Of a DNA stretch of 32,000 bases, positions 19,563-26,915 are shown piece after piece. Source of the stretch: Chloroflexota bacterium (lineage in GTDB: Bacteria > Chloroflexota > Anaerolineae > UBA2200). A model generated the notes under the pieces. That model was not told the origin of the DNA and ran no database searches. It saw only the letters and a program-made list of their open reading frames with translations. The translations under genes were made by a program, and so were the position numbers. The stretch lies in contig JACIWX010000001.1 in the NCBI GenBank assembly GCA_014360755.1, forward strand, positions 640,441 to 672,440. The letters are read 5' to 3'. Within the stretch, counting starts at the first letter, position 1. Each line of letters starts with the position of its first letter.

Positions 19563-21068
19563 TCAGTGGCAAATTTGTGGGTCTACCCGATATAGCTTGT
19601 TCGTTTCGTTGTGGATCACCCACAGAAAACGCCCATCCCATGCCAGTCCTTTCCATGCCCACCAAACTGGCGCCGAAGGGAGATCAATCCTGCAAACACC
19701 TTGCATGGCTTGATTCACCTTCGTCAAATGATTGTCAACTAGCACCCAAAGATGTGTTCCGTCCCATACCAACCCAGATGCTCGGCTAGAAGGAAATATC
19801 CCAAAGTCCATAGCATAAGAATCCAACGTCTTTATCTCATTGCCCATCGGCCCAAGCTTGTATATCGCGCCCTCTGAAGAAGTCACCCACAAGTATTGTC
19901 CATCCCACGCAATATTTGTCGGACTGCCAAGGAAATCTTTCGGCATTTCGAAAAGAGTGGTTGTGGCGCCGGTTTGATCCTTAAGGCTAATGCCTTGATC
20001 ATCCAAAGCCCAAAACTGCTTTCGTGATTCATCCCAAGCCAACTCTCCCGGCGGCCAAAGGCATTCTTGCTCAGAAATGCGAAAACGGCTTTCCTCTTCT
20101 ACCAGTTCTAGCCTTACCTGCCCAGAAACAAATCGCACACACAAAGCCGAACCATCATAGATAACGCGAACGGGGTCATTGAGAGGCAACCTGTACGCCT
20201 TTATTGCCTCTGGTGTAGCCATGCCCACTGGCGTAGCCGTATAAATGGGGGCTGCAATAGGCATAACTGTCAATGTAGGAATCCGTGTGAAAGCACGAGT
20301 AGGACCTGCAGTTACTGTAGCAACAGGGGTAAAGGTAGCCATTTTCATCGCCGTAGGACTGTGCTTGGGAACCGATGTCGGTGAAGACACACTTGTAGCC
20401 GCCGTAGGGGAATACGTAGCTAGATTGGGGCTGGTCATCGCAGTAGATAATTGGAGCAATTTCCATGCTAGAAACACGATGACAGTGCCTTGAACCGTAA
20501 ATGCTACCGCTGCAATCCAGAACCATTTATGCTGCCACGGCGGCTTGGCTTCTTTATGTGGCACAACTGTTATCTCAGGTTGCCTTGCTCTAGGCAATGC
20601 GCTTAATTTCACCCCACCTGGCTCGGGCTCTCGGCTCTCACCCTTGCCCTGCGCCTCAATACCAAGGGCGTGCAAACCGCTGATGATGCGGGGAATAATT
20701 GGGGCAATTCCTTCAGGGGGAATGGTGATGGAAGAGGCGCTGCCCACCGCTTGCCGCCATAATGGCTGACGAATCTGAAACTGGCTATGGGTTACCTGGC
20801 TGAGCACAGGAATAAAAGGTTTGCCAGCTTCGTGAGCACGTACTACCTCACTGCTCACCTGGTTGGAGCCAAGCGAATGCACCGAGATAATGAGCACAAC
20901 AGCATGGGATTGTTCGATCGCTTGTCCTGTTTGCACGAGATAGGAGAGACCAGGGACACTATCCCGCTCATAGTACCAAACAGTATACCCAACTGCCTCC
21001 AGGCCTTGCGCAATCTCCAATGCAACTTGAGCATCTTCTTCCACATGGCTGATAAAAATATCGGCCAT
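19563..21068 (-). CDS. TIR domain protein: N-terminal TIR, one TM helix, S/T/P-rich linker, C-terminal beta-propeller-like domain
   Basis: ATG at 21068 with GAAGGAG 6 nt upstream (the ORF opens at 21104). TIR blocks are DIFISHVEEDAQVA, VWYYERD, AVVLIISVHSLGSNQVSSEVVRA and PFIPVL. The TM helix is WFWIAAVAFTVQGTVIVFLAWKLL. C-terminal repeats are IAWDGQYLWVTSSEGAIYKL, LVWDGTHLWVLVDNHLTKV and LAWDGRFLWVIHNETNKLYRV. Confidence 0.8.
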   Translation of the reverse strand: MADIFISHVEEDAQVALEIAQGLEAVGYTVWYYERDSVPGLSYLVQTGQAIEQSHAVVLIISVHSLGSNQVSSEVVRAHEAGKPFIPVLSQVTHSQFQIRQPLWRQAVGSASSITIPPEGIAPIIPRIISGLHALGIEAQGKGESREPEPGGVKLSALPRARQPEITVVPHKEAKPPWQHKWFWIAAVAFTVQGTVIVFLAWKLLQLSTAMTSPNLATYSPTAATSVSSPTSVPKHSPTAMKMATFTPVATVTAGPTRAFTRIPTLTVMPIAAPIYTATPVGMATPEAIKAYRLPLNDPVRVIYDGSALCVRFVSGQVRLELVEEESRFRISEQECLWPPGELAWDESRKQFWALDDQGISLKDQTGATTTLFEMPKDFLGSPTNIAWDGQYLWVTSSEGAIYKLGPMGNEIKTLDSYAMDFGIFPSSRASGLVWDGTHLWVLVDNHLTKVNQAMQGVCRIDLPSAPVWWAWKGLAWDGRFLWVIHNETNKLYRVDPQICH

Positions 21069-21241
21069 TGGCAGCTCCTTCTGTACCATTTTGGGTACTG
21101 ACAACCACAGCTAAAGGGGACGCAAAAGTATCACTGTTTTGAACTAGATACATCTATACAGGTATGTCAACTTGTTGTAGTATACAACCAAAAACCGGAT
21201 TGAGCAAGAGTTCTATACAAGTATCTAATTCAATCTATTTG

Positions 21242-21253
21242 TAGTAGTAGTAG
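21242..21253 (+). repeat. TAGTAGTAGTAG trinucleotide tract (DnaA-trio-like)
   Basis: Four perfect tandem TAG units sit at the edge of the AT-rich stretch inside the putative origin. Confidence 0.4.
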
Positions 21254-21395
21254 GATGGGTTGAAAAGGGGGAAAAAGTTTCCTAGGTACTAGGTTTTTTC
21301 TTATTAGAGCACAATTCGTAGGGCGTGCTGTGAAAAGTACTACCATAGATAGGGAAGCAAGTAATGGAGCAGAAGAGCGGTTTGTGCACAGGCAT

Positions 21396-21404
21396 TGTGG
21401 ATAA
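21396..21404 (-). promoter_or_regulatory. DnaA box, perfect consensus (TGTGGATAA on the plus strand)
   Basis: Exact 9/9 match to TTATCCACA on the minus strand. Confidence 0.7.
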
Positions 21405-21568
21405 ATACAGGACAATGTTTAATAGCGTGAAAAACGTATTGATCATGAAATGAGACGCTAGAAATTGAGGGGGGTGTGATATTGTACCCTATAGTTAGGA
21501 GCACACTGCATGGGGAAGGACAAGACAAAAACATTCCAGAGGTGGATTTATCCCCAGACAGGGGATAG

Positions 21569-21577
21569 TTATCCACA
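21569..21577 (+). promoter_or_regulatory. DnaA box, perfect consensus TTATCCACA
   Basis: Exact 9-mer, 21 bp from the next box in the same orientation, just past the dnaA stop codon. Confidence 0.7.
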
Positions 21578-21589
21578 ATAATTAGGCAC

Positions 21590-21598
21590 TTATCCACA
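21590..21598 (+). promoter_or_regulatory. DnaA box, perfect consensus TTATCCACA
   Basis: Exact 9-mer, 10 nt from the dnaA stop codon. Confidence 0.7.
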
Positions 21599-21607
21599 GA
21601 TTGATAG

Positions 21608-23017
21608 CTAGTGAGTCACAGGCACGCGCTCTTTGTACAATCGCTCTCTAATAGCCATCACATCACGGCGCAACTGGTCATCCTCTTCTATACCAACCTG
21701 AATTTTCTCACAGCCGTAGAGCACAGTCGTATGATCGCGTCCTCCAAGAATTTCACCGATTTGGGGCAATGAGCAACCAAGTTCTTCCTTCAACAGGTAC
21801 ATTGCCACCTGGCGGGGAAAGGCAATAGCATGGCTGCGCTGTCGGCTCTTCAACAGGTGTAGTTCCAAGCCGTAGTATTCACACACTGTCTCCAATACTT
21901 GTTCTGCTGTGATTGAATCGGATCTTGTCAGGATTCCCTTCAGAGCTGCGGTTGCCATTTCTATTGTAAGAGGAGACTTGGTCAATACCGCGTTCGCCAC
22001 CACCCGATTAAGGGCTCCTTCCAGCTCGCGCACGTTGCTGGGAAACTTTCCGGCAATATAGTCAATTACTTCTGGTGGAATTTGGACGGACTGTAGTTCG
22101 GCTTTTGCACGCAGGATAGCAATACGGGTTTCCAAGTCAGGGGGTTGGATGTCCGCAATTAGGCCTTGCTCGAATCGGGATTGGAGGCGTTTTTCCAGTG
22201 GCTTGATGGCGCGTGGCGGGCGATCGCTGGACATCACGATCTGCTTGCCTGCTTGGTACAGAGTGTTGAAGGTATGGAAAAATTCTTCTTGTGTGCTTTC
22301 TTTGCCGGCGATGAATTGGATGTCATCAATAAGCAGGATATCTACATGGTTGCGGTATTTGGCGCGAAATTCTTCAGTGCTTTGTGTGCGAATGGCATTG
22401 ATGAGTTCATTCGTAAAGGTTTCAGAGGACACATACAACACAGCAGGGGTCAAAGCCAGAGCTGCGTTGCCAATTGCCTGCAGTAGATGGGTCTTGCCTA
22501 ATCCTACTCCCCCATAGATAAAGAGGGGATTGTATTTCTTCCCCGGATTTTCAGCAACGGCTCTAGCAGCAGCGTGTGCCAAACTATTGGAGTTGCCGAC
22601 GACGAATGTTTCAAAGGTAAGCCTTGGGTTTAAGCCCGTATTCACAAGCAATTTTTGGGCATGGCTGGTCTGTGGTTTTGTCCAGGCAACGCGGGTTGGG
22701 AAACTAGGGGTTTCCTCATCCTGAGTCTCTAGCTCTAACAGGATATTTTCCTGTGCGGCCCTTTTGCTGCGCCGCGGATGGACAACAAACTTGATCTCTA
22801 CGGTCTGGCCGACAATGCCTATTAGGGTACGCTTAATGGTCGTGAGTAGGCGGTTTTCTAACCAATCTTTGGCATAGGCATTGTGTACTCCGATGACAAA
22901 TGTGCCGTCTTCATAGCTCAGCACATGGGTGTTTTTGACCCAGGTATCAAAAGTGGACTTGGTTAACTGCAATTGTAACTCGCCGAGTACTGCTTGCCAC
23001 GCTTGCTCAGCATTCAT
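21608..23017 (-). CDS. dnaA: Chromosomal replication initiator protein DnaA
   Basis: Unmistakable DnaA sequence: MNAEQAWQAVLGELQLQL..., Walker A GGVGLGKTHLL, Walker B ILLIDDIQF, SSDRPP, NVRELEGAL, and the C-terminal DNA-binding helix-turn-helix FPRQVAMYLLKEE...IGEILGGRDHTTVLYGCEKI. The ATG at 23017 has GGGAGA upstream. The ORF extension to 23122 is not DnaA-like. Confidence 0.97.
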   Translation of the reverse strand: MNAEQAWQAVLGELQLQLTKSTFDTWVKNTHVLSYEDGTFVIGVHNAYAKDWLENRLLTTIKRTLIGIVGQTVEIKFVVHPRRSKRAAQENILLELETQDEETPSFPTRVAWTKPQTSHAQKLLVNTGLNPRLTFETFVVGNSNSLAHAAARAVAENPGKKYNPLFIYGGVGLGKTHLLQAIGNAALALTPAVLYVSSETFTNELINAIRTQSTEEFRAKYRNHVDILLIDDIQFIAGKESTQEEFFHTFNTLYQAGKQIVMSSDRPPRAIKPLEKRLQSRFEQGLIADIQPPDLETRIAILRAKAELQSVQIPPEVIDYIAGKFPSNVRELEGALNRVVANAVLTKSPLTIEMATAALKGILTRSDSITAEQVLETVCEYYGLELHLLKSRQRSHAIAFPRQVAMYLLKEELGCSLPQIGEILGGRDHTTVLYGCEKIQVGIEEDDQLRRDVMAIRERLYKERVPVTH

Positions 23018-23269
23018 GTCAAGTCTCCCTGGAAATATCTGCATTTTAATATATTGACAACATGACCAGAGATTCAGAGTTCGCAAAGAATGCCCGTCAA
23101 GTGGTGACAGGGAAAAGAGCAAAAGAGGAACATATTTGCTCTACAAAGACGTCATTATTTGTGAAGGTCACAAAACCAGAGGAGATTTTCCCCCGCTGCA
23201 CTGGGGATTATTGTAGCCGATAGGCTTCTTTTTGGCAATCACGGGCAAGTCGCTACGGGTGCTGTATCT

Positions 23270-23278
23270 TTATTCACA
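23270..23278 (+). promoter_or_regulatory. DnaA box TTATTCACA (fits the relaxed consensus TTATNCACA) upstream of dnaA
   Basis: It is the only near-consensus box found by eye in the 480-bp dnaA upstream intergenic region. Confidence 0.45.
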
Positions 23279-23497
23279 GATGCTGCAAAGACACAACCTG
23301 TAGTGGTTCAGATTCGAAGGCAAACTAATTGTACGCTTTTTGCTGGTGCTCGCTTGAGCCAAAGATGCTACTCTAGTTTTAAGAATTTTTATCGTCAACG
23401 CTGAGGATTTTAGGGGGCTTTGCCTGGCTAGGTGTTTGCTTGTACACTAAGGCTAATTGCAATTCTGGTTTGATAGTCTATTTCATTGTAGGGACCA

Positions 23498-25477
23498 ATG
23501 CGTCGATTTGTATTCGTTATCTCCTTTTTCCTGGTTGTGATATCCCTGCCTATCGTTTTTCTGGCTGTGTGGCATCCTCGACGGGTGCAGGGTGCTGTGA
23601 GTGACGCCTTGACTGGTGAGGCTATTTCGGGCGCAGTCATCCAGGCTGGCAGGAGTGCTCTCTATGCAGACGGGGCTGGCGGTTTTGATTTAGGCTGGAT
23701 ATGCGGCACACGGACGATCACTGTGTATATGGATGGGTATCTTCCGCTGCAAGTAGAAGTGCCCAAGGCTAGATTCCCAAGCCAAATTGTATCCTTGCTT
23801 ATCCCCTTAACTCCTACTATGCTCTCAGGAACTGTGAGCGATGCTGAAACAGGAGCGCCACTGGCAGGCAGCATTGTAGCAGCAAACCATCTTTCTACCA
23901 CTACGGATGAACAAGGATACTATGTCCTGCACCGGGTCCGAACAGGGGCACTATTGAGTGCGTCCATGCCGGGTTATGAATCCGGCACAGCGATTTTCTA
24001 TGGACAGAAAGCACAGGATTTTACGCTGCAGCCTACAGAGACCCGAGTTCAGGTGCTGGACCTCTACTCAGGACAGCCTGTATCTGGCTCGTTGGTAATC
24101 TGGGGTTCTGCGCAGTTCAAGACGGATGTCAATGGCACTGCAGTCATTAAGCGCCTGCTCAACGGCTCGCTTTTGTCCATCCATGCCACTGGGTATGCAC
24201 CCACTGAGTATGGCTACAATGGTGGCAATCTAGTCTCCATTTGGTTACGGCCCAATACGTTGCGTGGCGTGGTCAGAGATAGCACAGACAAGCACCCTAT
24301 AGCCGGTGTTGAAGTGACCTTGCTTTCAGCCGGAGAAATAGTTGCTTCTACCCTTACCGACGAGGCTGGGCGATATGCCTTTCAAGATTTGCCTCCTTCC
24401 TCCCTGACACTGGTCGCTGCAGCCGTAGATTATGACCGCTTCGAGAGTTCAGTTGGTCCGGTCACGGAGATGGATGTTTACCTGCAGCGTTTCGAGGTGA
24501 AAGGCATTTACATGCCATTGGGCATTTTGACCAGCGAGAGAAGGGTGCGTGAACTCATCGAACTGGTCGATCGCACAGAGCTGAACGCCATCGTAGTAGA
24601 TTTGAAAAGCGATCGTGGTTGGTTGGCTTATCCCAGCGCGGAAATCAAGGCTCAGAAAAGCGGGGCATACCAGCCCAAGGTGATGGATATCAAACAGTTC
24701 TTGGCGCTGTGTAAGGAGAAGGGCATTTACACCATTGCACGTTTAGTGGTTTTCAAAGATTCGACTTTGGCTGCTGCTTATCCGGAACTAGCAGTGCACA
24801 AGCCTAATGGCGAATTGTGGGTGGACTTTGAGGGATCAGCGTGGCTTGACCCATTTCTCACAGAGGTGCAGGATTATAACATTGCTATTGCGAAAGAAGT
24901 AGCCCTACTTGGCTTTGATGAATTGCAGTTTGATTATTTGCGCTTCCCATCGGATGGCGACATTAGTGAAATCAGATATTCCCAAGAGAGCACCCTGGAA
25001 TCACGCTGCAGGACAATCAACGAGTTCTGTGCACGTTTGCAAAATGAGTTAAAGCCTTACGGCGTTCTCCTATCGGCGGACATCTTCGGATTGACCGTGT
25101 GGGTAGCACCAGAGGAGGACATGGGCATCGGGCAACGGGTTATGGACATCGCTCCCTACATGGACTATATCTCGCCCATGCTTTATCCGGCAACTTTTAT
25201 CAGCGGCAACCTCGGCTACGAGAATCCCCTCTTGTATCCCTATGAAGTGGTGTACCGCAGTTGTATGGAACTGGCTAAGCGCACTAAAACCCGCATCCGC
25301 CCATGGCTTCAACACTATTCATGGAACAATGTGGTCTATGGCGCAGAGGAAATGCGCTTGCAAAAACAAGCGGCCGCAGATGCCCAGACCTATGGGTGGA
25401 TGTTCTGGAACGCTGCCGGCAAGTATGATGCACAGTCCTTCAGTGTGGCGACAAAAGATAATCGTGCTTCAATTTAG
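23498..25477 (+). CDS. Membrane-anchored putative glycoside hydrolase (DUF4015-like TIM-barrel domain) with N-terminal carboxypeptidase-regulatory-like beta-sandwich repeats
   Basis: N-terminal TM helix, followed by repeated units of the type GTVSDAETGAPLAGSIVAAN...TTDEQGYYVL and GVVRDSTDKHPIAGVEVTL...TDEAGRYAF. The C-terminal part (VKGIYMP...ELNAIVVDLKSDRGWLAYPS...FDELQFDYLRFP) resembles the putative glycosyl hydrolase domain family. Confidence 0.65.
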   Translation: MRRFVFVISFFLVVISLPIVFLAVWHPRRVQGAVSDALTGEAISGAVIQAGRSALYADGAGGFDLGWICGTRTITVYMDGYLPLQVEVPKARFPSQIVSLLIPLTPTMLSGTVSDAETGAPLAGSIVAANHLSTTTDEQGYYVLHRVRTGALLSASMPGYESGTAIFYGQKAQDFTLQPTETRVQVLDLYSGQPVSGSLVIWGSAQFKTDVNGTAVIKRLLNGSLLSIHATGYAPTEYGYNGGNLVSIWLRPNTLRGVVRDSTDKHPIAGVEVTLLSAGEIVASTLTDEAGRYAFQDLPPSSLTLVAAAVDYDRFESSVGPVTEMDVYLQRFEVKGIYMPLGILTSERRVRELIELVDRTELNAIVVDLKSDRGWLAYPSAEIKAQKSGAYQPKVMDIKQFLALCKEKGIYTIARLVVFKDSTLAAAYPELAVHKPNGELWVDFEGSAWLDPFLTEVQDYNIAIAKEVALLGFDELQFDYLRFPSDGDISEIRYSQESTLESRCRTINEFCARLQNELKPYGVLLSADIFGLTVWVAPEEDMGIGQRVMDIAPYMDYISPMLYPATFISGNLGYENPLLYPYEVVYRSCMELAKRTKTRIRPWLQHYSWNNVVYGAEEMRLQKQAAADAQTYGWMFWNAAGKYDAQSFSVATKDNRASI

Positions 25478-26710
25478 GCTGGTCATGAGTTGATGCAGGG
25501 CTTCCATGGTTGGCTCGATTACATATGGTTTGCCCACTGCCTGGATGGCGCTTTGCACATCCTTGAGTCCATTGCCGGTGACTAGGACCACGATGCGTTC
25601 TTCGGAGTTGATTTGCCCCTGTTGCAGCAGCTTGCGCAAGCCGGCGAATCCGGTGGCTCCCGCTGGTTCAGCAAAGATGCCTGCATTCCTTCCTAGTACG
25701 CGCATCGCTTCCAGGATTTCCTCGTCGCTTATGGCAACAAATTGTCCCCCTGATTCGCGCACAGCGCGCAGTGCTTTAATCGCGTCGCGGGGCACGCCTA
25801 CAGAGATGCTATCGGCGATGGTGTTGGGCACAATGGGGGTAATCGTTTCTGTTCCCTCTTGCCAAGCCTTAACCAGGACAGCAGAGCCTTCTGCTTGTAC
25901 TCCGATAAGCTGCGGCAAGCGCTCGATGAAACCCAAAGCATAGAAGTCTTTGAACCCTTTCCATAGTCCCCCAATGATGCAGCCATCGCCTACTGCAACA
26001 AAAACTTTGTCTGGCGGTTGCCATCCTAATTGCTCGCAGATCTCCAGTGCAGCGGTCTTTTTTCCCTCGGAAAGATAGGGATTGTAGGCTGTATTGCGGC
26101 TGTACCAGCCGTAGCGGGCGGATGCTTGCAGGCACAGATCGAAAGCCTGATCATAGGTGCCACGAACCATGATCACATTGGCTCCAAAAATGAGCAGTTG
26201 GGCTACTTTGGCCTGTGGAGCACGTTCGGGGACAAAGATGTATGCGGTCAATCCTACGCTTGCTGCCAATCCCGCAAGCGATGAAGCAGCATTGCCTGTA
26301 GAGGCTGCGGTCATAATGTCTTTGCCTCGTTCCCTTGCCTTTACAATGCCCACAGCACTGGCGCGGTCTTTGAACGAAGCAGTGGGATTGCGTCCATCAT
26401 CTTTGATATAAAGGTGTGCTAGGCCCATTTGTGCCCTTAAGCGTGGCACAGCATAGAGTGGTGTCCAACCAACCTGCAGATTGGGAATCCATTGTCGGTT
26501 GACAATAGGCAATAGATCGGCATAGCGCCAGATAGAGTAATCGTGGTTATCCGCAAGTTTTTCTTTCGACATGTGGCGTCGAATAGCATTATAGTCGTAG
26601 GTGACATCGAGGATACCCTCGTTGCCGTGCTTAGGGCAGACATACTCCACCTCGTTTGCCGCATATTCTGCGCCGCAGAGCATGCATTTCAACCCCAAAA
26701 CGTGTTTCAC
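25469..26710 (-). CDS. thrC: Threonine synthase (PLP-dependent, with N-terminal zinc-ribbon-like Cys motif)
   Basis: GTG start at 26710 with AAAGGAGG 7 nt upstream. It has an N-terminal CMLCGAEY...YVCPKHG motif and the PLP-lysine motif PTASFKDRAS. The glycine-rich PLP phosphate loop region is GDGCIIGG. Length and order fit ThrC. The 3' end overlaps the convergent gene by 9 nt. Confidence 0.8.
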   Translation of the reverse strand: MKHVLGLKCMLCGAEYAANEVEYVCPKHGNEGILDVTYDYNAIRRHMSKEKLADNHDYSIWRYADLLPIVNRQWIPNLQVGWTPLYAVPRLRAQMGLAHLYIKDDGRNPTASFKDRASAVGIVKARERGKDIMTAASTGNAASSLAGLAASVGLTAYIFVPERAPQAKVAQLLIFGANVIMVRGTYDQAFDLCLQASARYGWYSRNTAYNPYLSEGKKTAALEICEQLGWQPPDKVFVAVGDGCIIGGLWKGFKDFYALGFIERLPQLIGVQAEGSAVLVKAWQEGTETITPIVPNTIADSISVGVPRDAIKALRAVRESGGQFVAISDEEILEAMRVLGRNAGIFAEPAGATGFAGLRKLLQQGQINSEERIVVLVTGNGLKDVQSAIQAVGKPYVIEPTMEALHQLMTSLN

Positions 26711-26733
26711 GATTTAGCCTCCTTTCTGAATGC

Positions 26734-26761
26734 ATTATAGAGGCACTTTCTTCTCTGTCAA
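26734..26761 (-). promoter_or_regulatory. Sigma70-type promoter for thrC (TTGACA-16 nt-TATAAT)
   Basis: The minus strand reads TTGACAgagaagaaagtgcctcTATAAT, with both hexamers at perfect consensus. The -10 ends about 24 nt upstream of the GTG start, leaving a short leader that contains the RBS. Confidence 0.65.
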
Positions 26762-26886
26762 AGAAACCCACACTCAAGCGAATGCTATCTGTTGTAGCAT
26801 TGGCTGCGTTAGCATACAACATATAGCGTTGTTTACCTGTCTGGCTAGTTGTAGGAACGCCGGCTCATTTTGAGGAATGATGCATT

Positions 26887-26915
26887 TTGCAAAAAGAGAC
26901 GTGTTGTGTTACAAT
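26887..26915 (+). promoter_or_regulatory. Sigma70-type promoter (TTGCAA-17 nt-TACAAT) directed toward the 27160 glycosidase gene
   Basis: The plus strand reads TTGCAAaaagagacgtgttgtgtTACAAT. It would give a leader of about 240 nt. Confidence 0.55.

Larger units (their letters stand above)
21105..21607. other. Putative chromosomal replication origin (oriC) segment downstream of dnaA
   Basis: This 503-bp non-coding, visibly AT-rich interval is immediately adjacent to dnaA. It has three perfect TTATCCACA boxes, a TAG x4 tract and an AT-rich stretch (about 21140-21240). Confidence 0.6.

Noticed and set aside
8103-21068. The idea that the TIR/RyR cluster is a mobile genomic island or prophage remnant
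   Set aside because: I saw no integrase, transposase, recombinase, tRNA attachment site, flanking direct repeats or phage structural genes, and no obvious compositional break by eye. Horizontal origin cannot be excluded without a compositional or synteny analysis.
8103-21068. Classifying the cluster as Thoeris, CBASS, Pycsar, SPARTA or an Avs/STAND system
   Set aside because: The defining partners are missing: no SIR2 or Macro-SLOG ThsA, no CD-NTase or cyclase, no Argonaute/APAZ, no NACHT/NB-ARC NTPase. The only NTPase is a classical AAA+ module. The TIR domains alone are not sufficient for any of these labels.
21141-21170. Promoter for the first TIR gene, based on a perfect TTGACA on the minus strand (complement of 21165-21170)
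   Set aside because: No acceptable -10 hexamer lies at 16-18 nt spacing (CTAGTT, TAGTTC, TCTAGT). It is not reported as a feature.
21230-21597. Minus-strand ORFs of 61 and 85 aa inside the dnaA-TIR intergenic region
   Set aside because: They lie in AT-rich sequence that carries the DnaA boxes. There is no RBS, composition is odd (Cys/Leu/Ser-rich) and they overlap the origin-like elements. They are better explained as non-coding oriC.
23018-23122. 35-codon N-terminal extension of the dnaA ORF (MLFSLSPLDGHSL...)
   Set aside because: The extension is not DnaA-like. The internal ATG at 23017 gives the canonical DnaA N-terminus (MNAEQAWQAVLGELQLQL) and has a GGGAGA RBS.
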